From positions 1,477,329 to 1,509,328 of the forward strand of contig CAXXJL010000001.1 in NCBI GenBank assembly GCA_963667395.2: a stretch of 32,000 nucleotides of DNA, given 5' to 3'. Source of the stretch: Bacteroidaceae bacterium. GTDB taxonomy: Bacteria; Bacteroidota; Bacteroidia; Bacteroidales; Bacteroidaceae. The notes under the pieces were generated by a model that ran no database searches, had not been told where the DNA came from, and saw only the letters and a program-made list of their open reading frames with translations. The position numbers and the translations under genes were made by a program. Positions within the stretch are counted from its first letter, which is position 1. The number at the start of each line of letters is the position of its first letter. Below are positions 19,039 through 27,414 of this stretch, in pieces.

Positions 19039-21534
19039 ATGAGAAGTATGCGTTTATCCGAACTAAATACAGGCGAAAGAGGCGTTATAGTAAAGGTTCT
19101 GGGCCACGGTGGATTCCGCAAAAGGATTGTGGAAATGGGATTCATCAAAGGAAAATTGGTCGAAGTTCTACTAAATGCCCCCCTCAAAGACCCCATCAAA
19201 TATAAAATTCTTGGATATGAAATCTCTCTCCGGAGAAAAGAAGCGGAGATGATTGAGATTATCAGTGAGCAGGAAGTTACCGAACAAAAAAACATATCAC
19301 CCGATTTTCATGGTTCCATCAATGTAGAAAGACCTCTGACAGAAGAAGAGCTTAAAGCAATTGCTTTAGGTAAGCGGAGAACTATTAATGTAGCGCTGGT
19401 GGGAAATCCCAATTGTGGAAAAACCTCCCTATTCAATCTGGCATCCGGTGCCCATGAACACGTGGGAAACTATAGTGGCGTTACGGTTGATGCTAAAGAG
19501 GGATACTTTGATTTTCAGGGCTACAGATTTAAAATAGTTGATCTTCCCGGTACCTACTCTCTATCAGCATATACACCTGAGGAAATCTACGTACGCAGGC
19601 ACATCATAGATGAGACACCAGACGTGGTGATAAACGTGGTCGACGCTTCAAATCTGGAACGTAACCTTTATCTCACCACTCAGTTAATCGATATGAATGT
19701 AAGGATGGTGATTGCACTGAATATGTATGATGAACTTGAATCCAGCGGAAATAAGCTGAATTACAGATTACTGAGCAAGCTATTCGGTGTGCCAATGGTT
19801 CCTACTGTTTGCAAAAAGAATCTTGGAATTGAGCATCTGTTTCACTTAGTGATCAATCTTTACGAAGGAGCCGACTTTTTCGACAAGAATGGTGAAATCA
19901 ACAAAGAAGTATTGCAGGAACTGCAGGACTGGCACCATGCCAATGTAAATGAGGCCGAGCATGAAGACCATATGGATGAATACGTTAAGGTAGACAAACC
20001 CCAACAAAAAACTTATCGTCATATTCACATCAATCACGGACCGGATATAGAAAAAGGAATAGAGCATGTTAAAGCCGAGATTGCTAAGAATGAAGAAATC
20101 AGACACATTTATTCCACTCGCTATCTTTCTATCAAATTACTGGAGAACGATAAAAGTGCTGAGAACTTTGTCCGCACGTTACCTAATAACGCGGATATTT
20201 TTACTGCCAGAGATAAAGCTGCAAAACGAATTCAGATTTCCATGAATGAGGATAGTGAATCGGCTATTACAAATGCAAAATATGGATTCATTTCCGGAGC
20301 TCTGAAAGAGACTTTTATTGATAATCACCTGGAACAGCAACAATTGACAAAAATGCTGGATACCATTGTGACACACAAAATATGGGGATATCCTATTTTT
20401 ATTCTTTTTATGTGGATTATGTTTCAGGGCACATTCTCGCTGGGGCAATATCCAATGGATGGAATTGCATGGCTGGTTGATATTCTGAGACATTTTGTAC
20501 AAAACACTATGGCTGCAGGACCATTGAAAGATATGCTTGTGGATGGAATTATTGGCGGAGTTGGCGGAGTTATTGTTTTCCTGCCCAACATTCTGCTTCT
20601 CTACTTCTTTATTTCCTTGATGGAAGATTCAGGATACATGGCCCGTGCAGCGTTTATCATGGATAAAATAATGCATAAAATGGGACTTCACGGAAAGTCC
20701 TTCATTCCATTAGTTATGGGATTTGGATGTAATGTACCCGCTATTTTAGCATCCAGAACAATTGAGAACAGAAAGAGCCGTCTCATTACTATGCTGGTAA
20801 ATCCATTAATGAGCTGTAGTGCGCGCTTACCTATTTATCTGCTGTTGGCTGGAGCATTCTTCCCTAATAATGCAAGCCTTATATTATTATCGATATATTT
20901 AACTGGAATACTGCTGGCTGTAATTATGGCACGATTATTCAGCAAAGTGCTGATTAAAGGTGAAGATACACCATTTGTTATGGAGCTCCCCCCCTACCGT
21001 ATGCCCACAATGAAAGCCATTACGCGTCACACCTGGGAAAAGGGACAGCAATATATCAGAAAAATGGGAGGAGTGATCATGATCGCTTCAATCATTATCT
21101 GGTTTTTAGGATACTATCCAAATCATAATGGATATAGTAGTGTGTCAGAACAGCAGGAACACTCATATATCGGACAAATTGGTAAGGCCATTGAACCAGC
21201 TCTTAAACCAATGGGATTCGACTGGAAACTCGGAATCGGACTACTTTCTGGTGTAGGAGCAAAAGAATTAGTAGTTAGCACACTGAGTGTTCTCTACACA
21301 AATGATCCGGGAGCCAGTAAGGTAAGCCTTGCAGAGCGTATTCCAATTACTCCGCTTGCCGCATTCAGCTTCATGCTTTTCGTTCTAATCTATTTCCCCT
21401 GCATTGCCACACTTGCCGCCATTAAGCAAGAGTCCGGCAGTTGGAAATGGGCCGCTTTTGCAGCGCTGTACACCACTGCGCTGGCTTGGATTATCGCGTT
21501 TAGTTTTTATCAAATAGGGAGTATATTATCATGA
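19039..21534 (+). CDS. feoB: FeoA-FeoB fusion, ferrous iron transport protein
   Basis: FeoA domain (MRLSELNTGERGVIVKVLGHGGFRKRIVEMG) then G-domain VALVGNPNCGKTSLFN, DLPGTYSL, and Gate domains. Start moved to ATG 19039 (or 19048) because the TTG start at 19027 lies in the promoter. Confidence 0.93.
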   Translation: MRSMRLSELNTGERGVIVKVLGHGGFRKRIVEMGFIKGKLVEVLLNAPLKDPIKYKILGYEISLRRKEAEMIEIISEQEVTEQKNISPDFHGSINVERPLTEEELKAIALGKRRTINVALVGNPNCGKTSLFNLASGAHEHVGNYSGVTVDAKEGYFDFQGYRFKIVDLPGTYSLSAYTPEEIYVRRHIIDETPDVVINVVDASNLERNLYLTTQLIDMNVRMVIALNMYDELESSGNKLNYRLLSKLFGVPMVPTVCKKNLGIEHLFHLVINLYEGADFFDKNGEINKEVLQELQDWHHANVNEAEHEDHMDEYVKVDKPQQKTYRHIHINHGPDIEKGIEHVKAEIAKNEEIRHIYSTRYLSIKLLENDKSAENFVRTLPNNADIFTARDKAAKRIQISMNEDSESAITNAKYGFISGALKETFIDNHLEQQQLTKMLDTIVTHKIWGYPIFILFMWIMFQGTFSLGQYPMDGIAWLVDILRHFVQNTMAAGPLKDMLVDGIIGGVGGVIVFLPNILLLYFFISLMEDSGYMARAAFIMDKIMHKMGLHGKSFIPLVMGFGCNVPAILASRTIENRKSRLITMLVNPLMSCSARLPIYLLLAGAFFPNNASLILLSIYLTGILLAVIMARLFSKVLIKGEDTPFVMELPPYRMPTMKAITRHTWEKGQQYIRKMGGVIMIASIIIWFLGYYPNHNGYSSVSEQQEHSYIGQIGKAIEPALKPMGFDWKLGIGLLSGVGAKELVVSTLSVLYTNDPGASKVSLAERIPITPLAAFSFMLFVLIYFPCIATLAAIKQESGSWKWAAFAALYTTALAWIIAFSFYQIGSILS

Positions 21535-21743
21535 GCTTACAAGAATTAATCGTTTCGGCCATTGTTTTCTTCTGCGTATTCTATGTAGGGAACCGCATCG
21601 TACTTTTTTTTAGAAACACAAATAAGAATGAAAGCCCATGTTCTAGTTGCACAAGTGGCTGTGAATTAAGAGATATGATGGAGAAGAAGAAGCAACAGTG
21701 CAGAGAAGTTAAGAAACAAAACAAGAAAAGTTGCTGTCGATAA
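21531..21743 (+). CDS. FeoB-associated Cys-rich membrane protein
   Basis: 70 aa, one TM then CSSCTSGCEL...SCCR; ATGA overlap with feoAB stop. Confidence 0.85.
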   Translation: MSLQELIVSAIVFFCVFYVGNRIVLFFRNTNKNESPCSSCTSGCELRDMMEKKKQQCREVKKQNKKSCCR

Positions 21744-21764
21744 GCAAAATTTATAGGCGGTATA

Positions 21765-21795
21765 TTTGGAAATATAGAATTATGTATTACCTTTG
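21765..21795 (+). promoter_or_regulatory. tRNA-Cys promoter
   Basis: TTTG (21765-21768), N19, TACCTTTG (21788-21795). Confidence 0.65.
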
Positions 21796-21815
21796 CACTC
21801 GCTAAAACGAAATAA

Positions 21816-21886
21816 GGTCTCTTGGCCGAGTGGCTAGGCACCGGTCTGCAAAACCGTCTACGGCGGTTCGAATCCGCCAGAGACCT
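21816..21886 (+). tRNA. tRNA-Cys, anticodon GCA (21848-21850)
   Basis: GGTCTCT...AGAGACC acceptor, CTGCAAA anticodon loop, GGCGGTTCGAATCCGCC T arm, U73 discriminator; 3' CCA not encoded. Confidence 0.93.
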
Positions 21887-21896
21887 CTATCTGGGT

Positions 21897-21930
21897 AAAA
21901 GCTCCAATCTTAATTGATTGGAGCTTTTTT
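21897..21930 (+). terminator. Terminator after tRNA-Cys
   Basis: 13-bp arms aaaagctccaatc / gattggagctttt plus T tract. Confidence 0.85.
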
Positions 21931-21998
21931 ATTTACATAGTGATTAAGCAATTATGAGTATCCCAGGGATCATACCGAAATGCTGAGGGCTTGAAGAT

Positions 21999-22952
21999 TT
22001 AAGCATAAATTTTGGATAATCTGAATAAGAAGAAAGAAATATCTCTTACTCCTCTTAGTTGTGCTCTAAATTGTTTGATTTTTGCATTAAAAGATTCGCT
22101 GGCCGCATTGGTTGCACGATTTCTAAAGAAAGCAACGATTCTTAGATAATGCGTTTGTATCGTTCTTGCCACTGTACCAAAAGACAGGAATCCTGAGTTG
22201 TCTACTTCATCATACCAATGTGCTAACTTTGTTAAAGCCACGTCTGCATGCTTTGACTGATGATAAATAAGCCCTAACCGCATACTTAAATAATATGCTT
22301 TCTTTATGTCAGGGTATTCTCTAAATAAAATAGTTGCGCGTTTACTTTGGGAGCTGCTCCAGACTGTTTCTTTTTTGAATAGAAGGTAACGGCTTCTGGC
22401 AAGAAGTTGTTTATTTGTGTCTCCGTTTTCAAAAACAGAAGGTTTATATTGGATTCCACAAGCTTTAGCATGGCTAATCTCTATATTTTCTTTATCCATT
22501 GCCTCCCAGCGTGCTTTAATGCGCATTTCCTGTACGGCTTCAAAAGCCAATTGCTGTACATGAAAGCGGTCTATCACTTGCTTTGCACCAGGAAAACAAA
22601 CCCGTGCTATCTGATTCATGTTAGAAGCCATGTCTAAAGTAATCTCACGCACCTGAAAACGTCGTTTGCGCGATAGTTTTAGCAACACATCCGATACGGT
22701 TTTCACATCTGTTCCTTTAATCATGGCAATAATGCTTCCTTTCCTGCCTTTAGCTTCCTTATTGATAAGAATGGTATATAGCTCGCCACGTGAAAGGCTT
22801 GTTTCGTCAAGTCCTACATAAGCACCAATATTCTTCTCAAATAAGACCCAATCTTGTGCATGAGAGAGTTGATCCCATTCTCTGTAATTACTCAGATGAT
22901 TCTTATATTGTGATTCAAGTTGCTTAGCATCCAATCGATAGTGCTCAGCCAA
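21999..22952 (-). CDS. DDE transposase, ISL3/ISAon1-like catalytic ORF
   Basis: 317 aa; VGLDETSLSRGELYTILIN, ITLDMASNMNQIARVCFPGAKQVIDRFHV, NAASESFNAKIKQFRAQLRGVRD. Confidence 0.88.
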   Translation of the reverse strand: MAEHYRLDAKQLESQYKNHLSNYREWDQLSHAQDWVLFEKNIGAYVGLDETSLSRGELYTILINKEAKGRKGSIIAMIKGTDVKTVSDVLLKLSRKRRFQVREITLDMASNMNQIARVCFPGAKQVIDRFHVQQLAFEAVQEMRIKARWEAMDKENIEISHAKACGIQYKPSVFENGDTNKQLLARSRYLLFKKETVWSSSQSKRATILFREYPDIKKAYYLSMRLGLIYHQSKHADVALTKLAHWYDEVDNSGFLSFGTVARTIQTHYLRIVAFFRNRATNAASESFNAKIKQFRAQLRGVRDISFFLFRLSKIYA

Positions 22953-22956
22953 GGAA

Positions 22957-23346
22957 CTAATACTTATGGCTCGAGAGTCGATCCATAGCTTTTAAAAAAG
23001 ACGCAAATTCAGAAGAGATTTGCGTGCCTTGAGCCATTAATTCCCAATTACGGGATATGTATTTTTCTTTTGTATGATTGTACCATCTCCGTTTCTTTAT
23101 ATAAAGAATGCAACTACGACCACGCATAGGGTAATCATACATACGGACTTCTTCATAGAATCCTTTACTTTCCAGTTTGTCGTTTTTATATTCCTCAGGA
23201 GGGTTATTTTTTTCTTCGAAATAGATTTCAACTTTGTCGGTAAGCTCATTGAATTGGGTCATCTCGAAGTAATCAAACATACCATCAGGAAAGATAAAAC
23301 GGAGGAATATATCGTAATCCATATTTTTTTTTGGCAAAGATAACAT
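22957..23346 (-). CDS. IS N-terminal region protein (accessory/first transposase ORF)
   Basis: 129 aa ORF immediately upstream in a different frame, within the IS boundaries. Confidence 0.75.
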   Translation of the reverse strand: MLSLPKKNMDYDIFLRFIFPDGMFDYFEMTQFNELTDKVEIYFEEKNNPPEEYKNDKLESKGFYEEVRMYDYPMRGRSCILYIKKRRWYNHTKEKYISRNWELMAQGTQISSEFASFLKAMDRLSSHKY

Positions 23347-23524
23347 ATTAAGAATTCAATCCCCTCAGGATTTCGGTATGATCCAGTATCCCAGCAATTT
23401 ATGATAACACAAAATCTGTAGACCGACAATTAAAAACGCCCCAATTGTAAACCACTAATTAACATACAAATTATAAACTTGTGCAATAAAGCTTATTCAC
23501 AGAATATCTAATCCAATAAAAGCA

Positions 23525-23532
23525 TATATTTG
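23525..23532 (+). promoter_or_regulatory. -7 element within a short palindrome upstream of the zinc-ribbon gene
   Basis: TATATTTG inside atatatttgcgaatatat; shares TATATTTGCGAA with the arsR operator. Confidence 0.5.
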
Positions 23533-23562
23533 CGAATATATTCAATCTTAATAAATTAACTT

Positions 23563-23835
23563 ATGGAAACAAATTATTGTCAAAGCTGCGGCATGCCACT
23601 CGATTCAGAAAAAGTACTTGGCACAAATACCGACGGAAGCAGTAACAAAGAATATTGCTGCTATTGCTTCGCTGAGGGTAAATTCACTTCTAACTGCACT
23701 ATGGACGAAATGATAGCTCAATGTGCAAACTTTGTCGATGAGTTCAATAAAGATTCCGAAGTGAAGTACACTAAAGAAGAAGCTATCGTTCAAATGAAAC
23801 AGTTCTTCCCTACATTAAAACGTTGGAAAAAGTAA
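23563..23835 (+). CDS. Putative zinc-ribbon domain protein
   Basis: 90 aa; NYCQSCGMPL...KEYCCYCFAEGKFTSNCTMDEM. Confidence 0.85.
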   Translation: METNYCQSCGMPLDSEKVLGTNTDGSSNKEYCCYCFAEGKFTSNCTMDEMIAQCANFVDEFNKDSEVKYTKEEAIVQMKQFFPTLKRWKK

Positions 23836-23914
23836 TTTATCTCCTACTGTCTCGTCTACCTTTTTTAATCTTTCCCTTTAGTTCAAAATTTACTAAAGGC
23901 ACATTTTTGAATCC

Positions 23915-23987
23915 TTGTACAAAAGAAAGATATCTTTTGTACAAAACAATGCATTCTTCTGTACAAAAGAATGCATTGTTTTGTACA
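23915..23987. repeat. Nested/alternative hairpins built on TTGTACAAAA units
   Basis: 12-bp arms 23915-23926 / 23933-23944 (loop 6) and 21-bp perfect arms 23938-23958 / 23967-23987 (loop 8). Confidence 0.88.
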
Positions 23988-24249
23988 GGAGAATAAAAAT
24001 TAGAAAGCAGCCATTTTTAAGCATTAAAGAGAGATTTGAATTTACACCCTTTTTTAATCAAAACACGAGCGCCTGAACTTATGGGTACAACGGCTCGCCT
24101 TACTTCCTTTTTGACATCAAAATACACCACTAGTACATGCAATCATAGCACATAGCAAAAGCATTCAAAAATATTCAGATATTATATTGACATTTTGATT
24201 ATTATTCATATCTTTGATTATTATCAACCTTAAATAATTGACCAGAGAT

Positions 24250-25752
24250 ATGAATAACCAACTAGAAATGAATTCCAATGCATTGGTGCAATTCCTGCAA
24301 AAACTTCCTGTAGAGTTTACCAAAGCTGATATAATCTCTTTCATTAAAGAAAATGAAATTCGAATGATCAATTTCATGTATCCTGCAGGTGATGGAAGGC
24401 TAAAAACTTTGAACTTTGTTATCAATGATGCCGCCTACCTAAATGCCATACTAACCTGCGGCGAACGAGTAGACGGCTCCAGTCTTTTTTCCTTTATTGA
24501 AGCAGGAAGTAGCGATTTATATGCTATTCCACGTTTTCGGACTGCATTTGTTGATCCATTTGCGGAGATACCCACACTAACCATGCTTTGCTCTTTTTTC
24601 AATAAAGACGGGGAACCGCTTGAAAGTTCACCGGAATATACTCTGCATAAAGCTTGCAGGGCTTTTACCAAGGTAACAGGAATGGAGTTTGAAGCAATGG
24701 GCGAACTGGAGTATTACGTTATTGCACCTGATAATGGCTTGTTTCCTGCAACAGACCAACATGGATATCACGAATCGGGCCCATATAACAAGTCCAATCA
24801 GTTCCGTACTGAATGTATGAAATACATTGCTCAAGCCAACGGAAAGATTAAATACGGGCACTCTGAGGTTGGTAATTTTACACAAGACAACTTAATCTTT
24901 GAGCAGAATGAGATTGAGTTTCTACCTTCTCCGGCAGAAGATGCGGCCGATCAGTTGATGATTGCAAAATGGGTTATCCGTAATCTGGCTTGCCAATATG
25001 GATATAATATTACTTTCGCACCGAAGATTACCGCAGGGAAAGCCGGCTCGGGTTTACACATTCACATGCGCATGACTAAAGATGGCAAGAATCAAATGTT
25101 GGAAAACGGTGTATTATCAGACACCGCACGTAAAGCCATTGCGGGAATGATGCGCCTTGCTCCTTCCATTACCGCTTTTGGCAACACTACCCCTACTTCT
25201 TATTTCCGTTTGGTTCCGCATCAGGAAGCACCAACCAACATTTGCTGGGGAGACCGTAACCGTTCTGTTCTGGTTCGCGTACCATTGGGTTGGTCGGCAA
25301 AGAAAGATATGTGTGTCTTGGCAAATCCACAAGAAGCACCCAGTAACTATAATACTACCGAAAAGCAAACCGTTGAGATGCGTTCACCGGATGGCTCGGC
25401 AGATATTTATCAATTACTGGCTAGCCTGGCAGTTGCCTGTCGTTATGGCTTTGAAATAAAGGATGCTTTGAGCATTGCCGAAAAGACGTACGTAAACGTA
25501 GATATTCACCGGACCGAGAATCTGGAACGATTAAAGACTTTGGAACAACTGCCCGACAGTTGCTATGCTTCGGCCAATTGCCTACAAAAGCAACGCGTCG
25601 TCTTTGAAGAGTATAATGTATTTAGTCCAAGTATGATTGATGGAGTTATCCGCAAGCTGAAAGCTTATAAAGATACAACATTACGCGAGGAATCAAAGAA
25701 CGACCATATGAAGATGAAAGAAGTTGTAGAAACCTACTTTCATTGTGGATAA
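24250..25752 (+). CDS. Glutamine synthetase family protein (GlnA-type)
   Basis: ~500 aa from ATG 24250; FEQNEIEFLPS, GSGLHIHMRM, NRSVLVRVPLG, TVEMRSPDGSADIYQLLA. Confidence 0.9.
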   Translation: MNNQLEMNSNALVQFLQKLPVEFTKADIISFIKENEIRMINFMYPAGDGRLKTLNFVINDAAYLNAILTCGERVDGSSLFSFIEAGSSDLYAIPRFRTAFVDPFAEIPTLTMLCSFFNKDGEPLESSPEYTLHKACRAFTKVTGMEFEAMGELEYYVIAPDNGLFPATDQHGYHESGPYNKSNQFRTECMKYIAQANGKIKYGHSEVGNFTQDNLIFEQNEIEFLPSPAEDAADQLMIAKWVIRNLACQYGYNITFAPKITAGKAGSGLHIHMRMTKDGKNQMLENGVLSDTARKAIAGMMRLAPSITAFGNTTPTSYFRLVPHQEAPTNICWGDRNRSVLVRVPLGWSAKKDMCVLANPQEAPSNYNTTEKQTVEMRSPDGSADIYQLLASLAVACRYGFEIKDALSIAEKTYVNVDIHRTENLERLKTLEQLPDSCYASANCLQKQRVVFEEYNVFSPSMIDGVIRKLKAYKDTTLREESKNDHMKMKEVVETYFHCG

Positions 25753-25897
25753 TAGCTATAACTAATAAATAGTAATTAGCAAATACACTCTATATTTAAA
25801 CTTAATGTGTAAAATATACTAAAAATGAGGTGTAAGGAATACTTTATTTTATTCTTTCATATATCTTTAGGGCAATATAACCCAACTAAACTATTAT

Positions 25898-27412
25898 ATG
25901 AAAATTAAAAAACTAATTATCTTGTGTATCCTTTGTCTGACAGCATATAATGTCAGCGCACAAAGAATTGTGGAAAGTTTCCCTTTCAACATAAATGGCA
26001 CATTAAAAAAAGATTACGATGTATATAAGGCAGGCACTCCATTCAATTTAAGCAGAGTTGTTAAATTTGGAACAGCTAAAGACAATGAAGAATTATACGC
26101 TGCCGTTAATATAAACAATCTTCAGGTTGGGATTCCTTATAGTCTGTTTGGTATATTAAATTTAGAACCTACAGACAATAAATCTTTCTGGGAAAGTAAA
26201 GCATTTCAGGCAGATTTATACAGAACATTAATTTACAAGGGATATCAGTATAATCTTCGGCAGGAATTAAAAGAAGAAGCTGCAGATTATATAAATAAGA
26301 TGAATAATTCACGTCTGCTGTATGAAGATTCATATATAGAAGATTATGTTAATTCCATTTTTGCATCCGTAATTTATCAAAGCTTCAATGACAAAAGAAC
26401 CGAAAACCTAAACGTACATATTCTTAAATCGCCCAATCCTGATAGTTACATGCAACCGGATGGTTCGCTAATTGTTACCACCGGATTACTTTCTGTTTTA
26501 GATTCGGAGCAGGAACTAACAGCAATAATAGCTTCCGAAGTAGCTCACCATGTATTAGATCACTCGGTTATCAATGTTAATAAAGAACGGGCCCGCGAAA
26601 AGGCTGCAATATTCTGGGGTAGCGTTGCAGCAGGTGTACTGGCAGCAGGTGAAGAATATCTTATGGATAAGAATGAATATTATGTTCCCGGGGCAGCCAG
26701 TGTTGCTGCAGTACTTGTATCGGCAGCTATTGTTAATAGCATGAATAAACGAATGGGAATGACCTATAGCCGTTCGCAGGAAAAGATAGCCGATAAATGT
26801 GCCATGGAATTTCTTAGTATGAAGAATATGGATCCTTCAGCACTACCTTCGGCACTTAACAAGATAAAAAACTATTATTTGGATCATAAGGATTATTACA
26901 CTCTCTCTAGATACGGAACTTATGCAGAGTTTGGCAAACGTATTGAACGTTTAGGCGAATATCATGAATTTGCCAGCCATTCTTATCAGAAAGCTATTTC
27001 CAGCGTAAATACATTTAATGCAATTATTCAGATAAACAATAAGCACTTTGCAGAAGCTGCTTCTTTTGCAAAGAAAAACATAAACCAGAAAGTTGCTACG
27101 GATGGCGATTACGTAATCCTGGCCAAAGCAACTATGGGTATGTATAATACGGAAGAAAAAAACATGGAGAGCCTGTCACTAATTCAACAAGCTAGATCAA
27201 TGGCAGAAACACCCAATCTAAACACAGACAAACAGGAAATTCTGGTACTAATGCGTTTGAAAAAGCTAGCAAAAGCAGCTACTGCTATACAGAACTATAT
27301 TGATAATCTTACTAATTTTAAGGAACAAACGCATGACTCAGAGGATATTGCATGGGCTTCCGCTGAAATTAACTGGGCAAGTGAGCTTTTACAAAGAGTA
27401 ACTATTTTATAA
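25898..27412 (+). CDS. Exported M48-like metalloprotease domain protein, altered zinc motif
   Basis: 504 aa with signal peptide; IIASEVAHHVLDHSV (SEVAH in place of HExxH), YSRSQEKIADKCAMEFL (ExxxD), TPR-like C-terminus. Confidence 0.82.
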   Translation: MKIKKLIILCILCLTAYNVSAQRIVESFPFNINGTLKKDYDVYKAGTPFNLSRVVKFGTAKDNEELYAAVNINNLQVGIPYSLFGILNLEPTDNKSFWESKAFQADLYRTLIYKGYQYNLRQELKEEAADYINKMNNSRLLYEDSYIEDYVNSIFASVIYQSFNDKRTENLNVHILKSPNPDSYMQPDGSLIVTTGLLSVLDSEQELTAIIASEVAHHVLDHSVINVNKERAREKAAIFWGSVAAGVLAAGEEYLMDKNEYYVPGAASVAAVLVSAAIVNSMNKRMGMTYSRSQEKIADKCAMEFLSMKNMDPSALPSALNKIKNYYLDHKDYYTLSRYGTYAEFGKRIERLGEYHEFASHSYQKAISSVNTFNAIIQINNKHFAEAASFAKKNINQKVATDGDYVILAKATMGMYNTEEKNMESLSLIQQARSMAETPNLNTDKQEILVLMRLKKLAKAATAIQNYIDNLTNFKEQTHDSEDIAWASAEINWASELLQRVTIL

Positions 27413-27414
27413 GC

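Larger units (their letters stand above)
21967..23384 (-). mobile_element. Insertion sequence, ISL3-superfamily/ISAon1-like, ~1418 bp
   Basis: 23-bp terminal inverted repeats with one mismatch (ggatcataccgaaatgctgaggg 21967-21989; ccctcaggatttcggtatgatcc 23362-23384) flanked by exact 10-bp direct repeats AGTATCCCAG (21957-21966, 23385-23394); two transposase ORFs inside. Confidence 0.88.

Noticed and set aside
19900-20340. His/Asp/Glu-rich segment in the middle of FeoB as a novel metal-binding insertion
   Set aside because: Similar cytosolic linker insertions are usual in Bacteroides-type FeoB proteins, so this is not clearly noteworthy from sequence alone.
22957-23010. Canonical -1 programmed frameshift at U UUA AAA in the IS
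   Set aside because: The -1 frame reaches a stop before joining ORF2; ORF2 is in the +1 frame.
21999-23394. Larger integrative element or prophage at tRNA-Cys
   Set aside because: No integrase, att-like duplication of the tRNA 3' end, or phage/conjugation genes; the insertion is explained by a single IS with its own terminal repeats.
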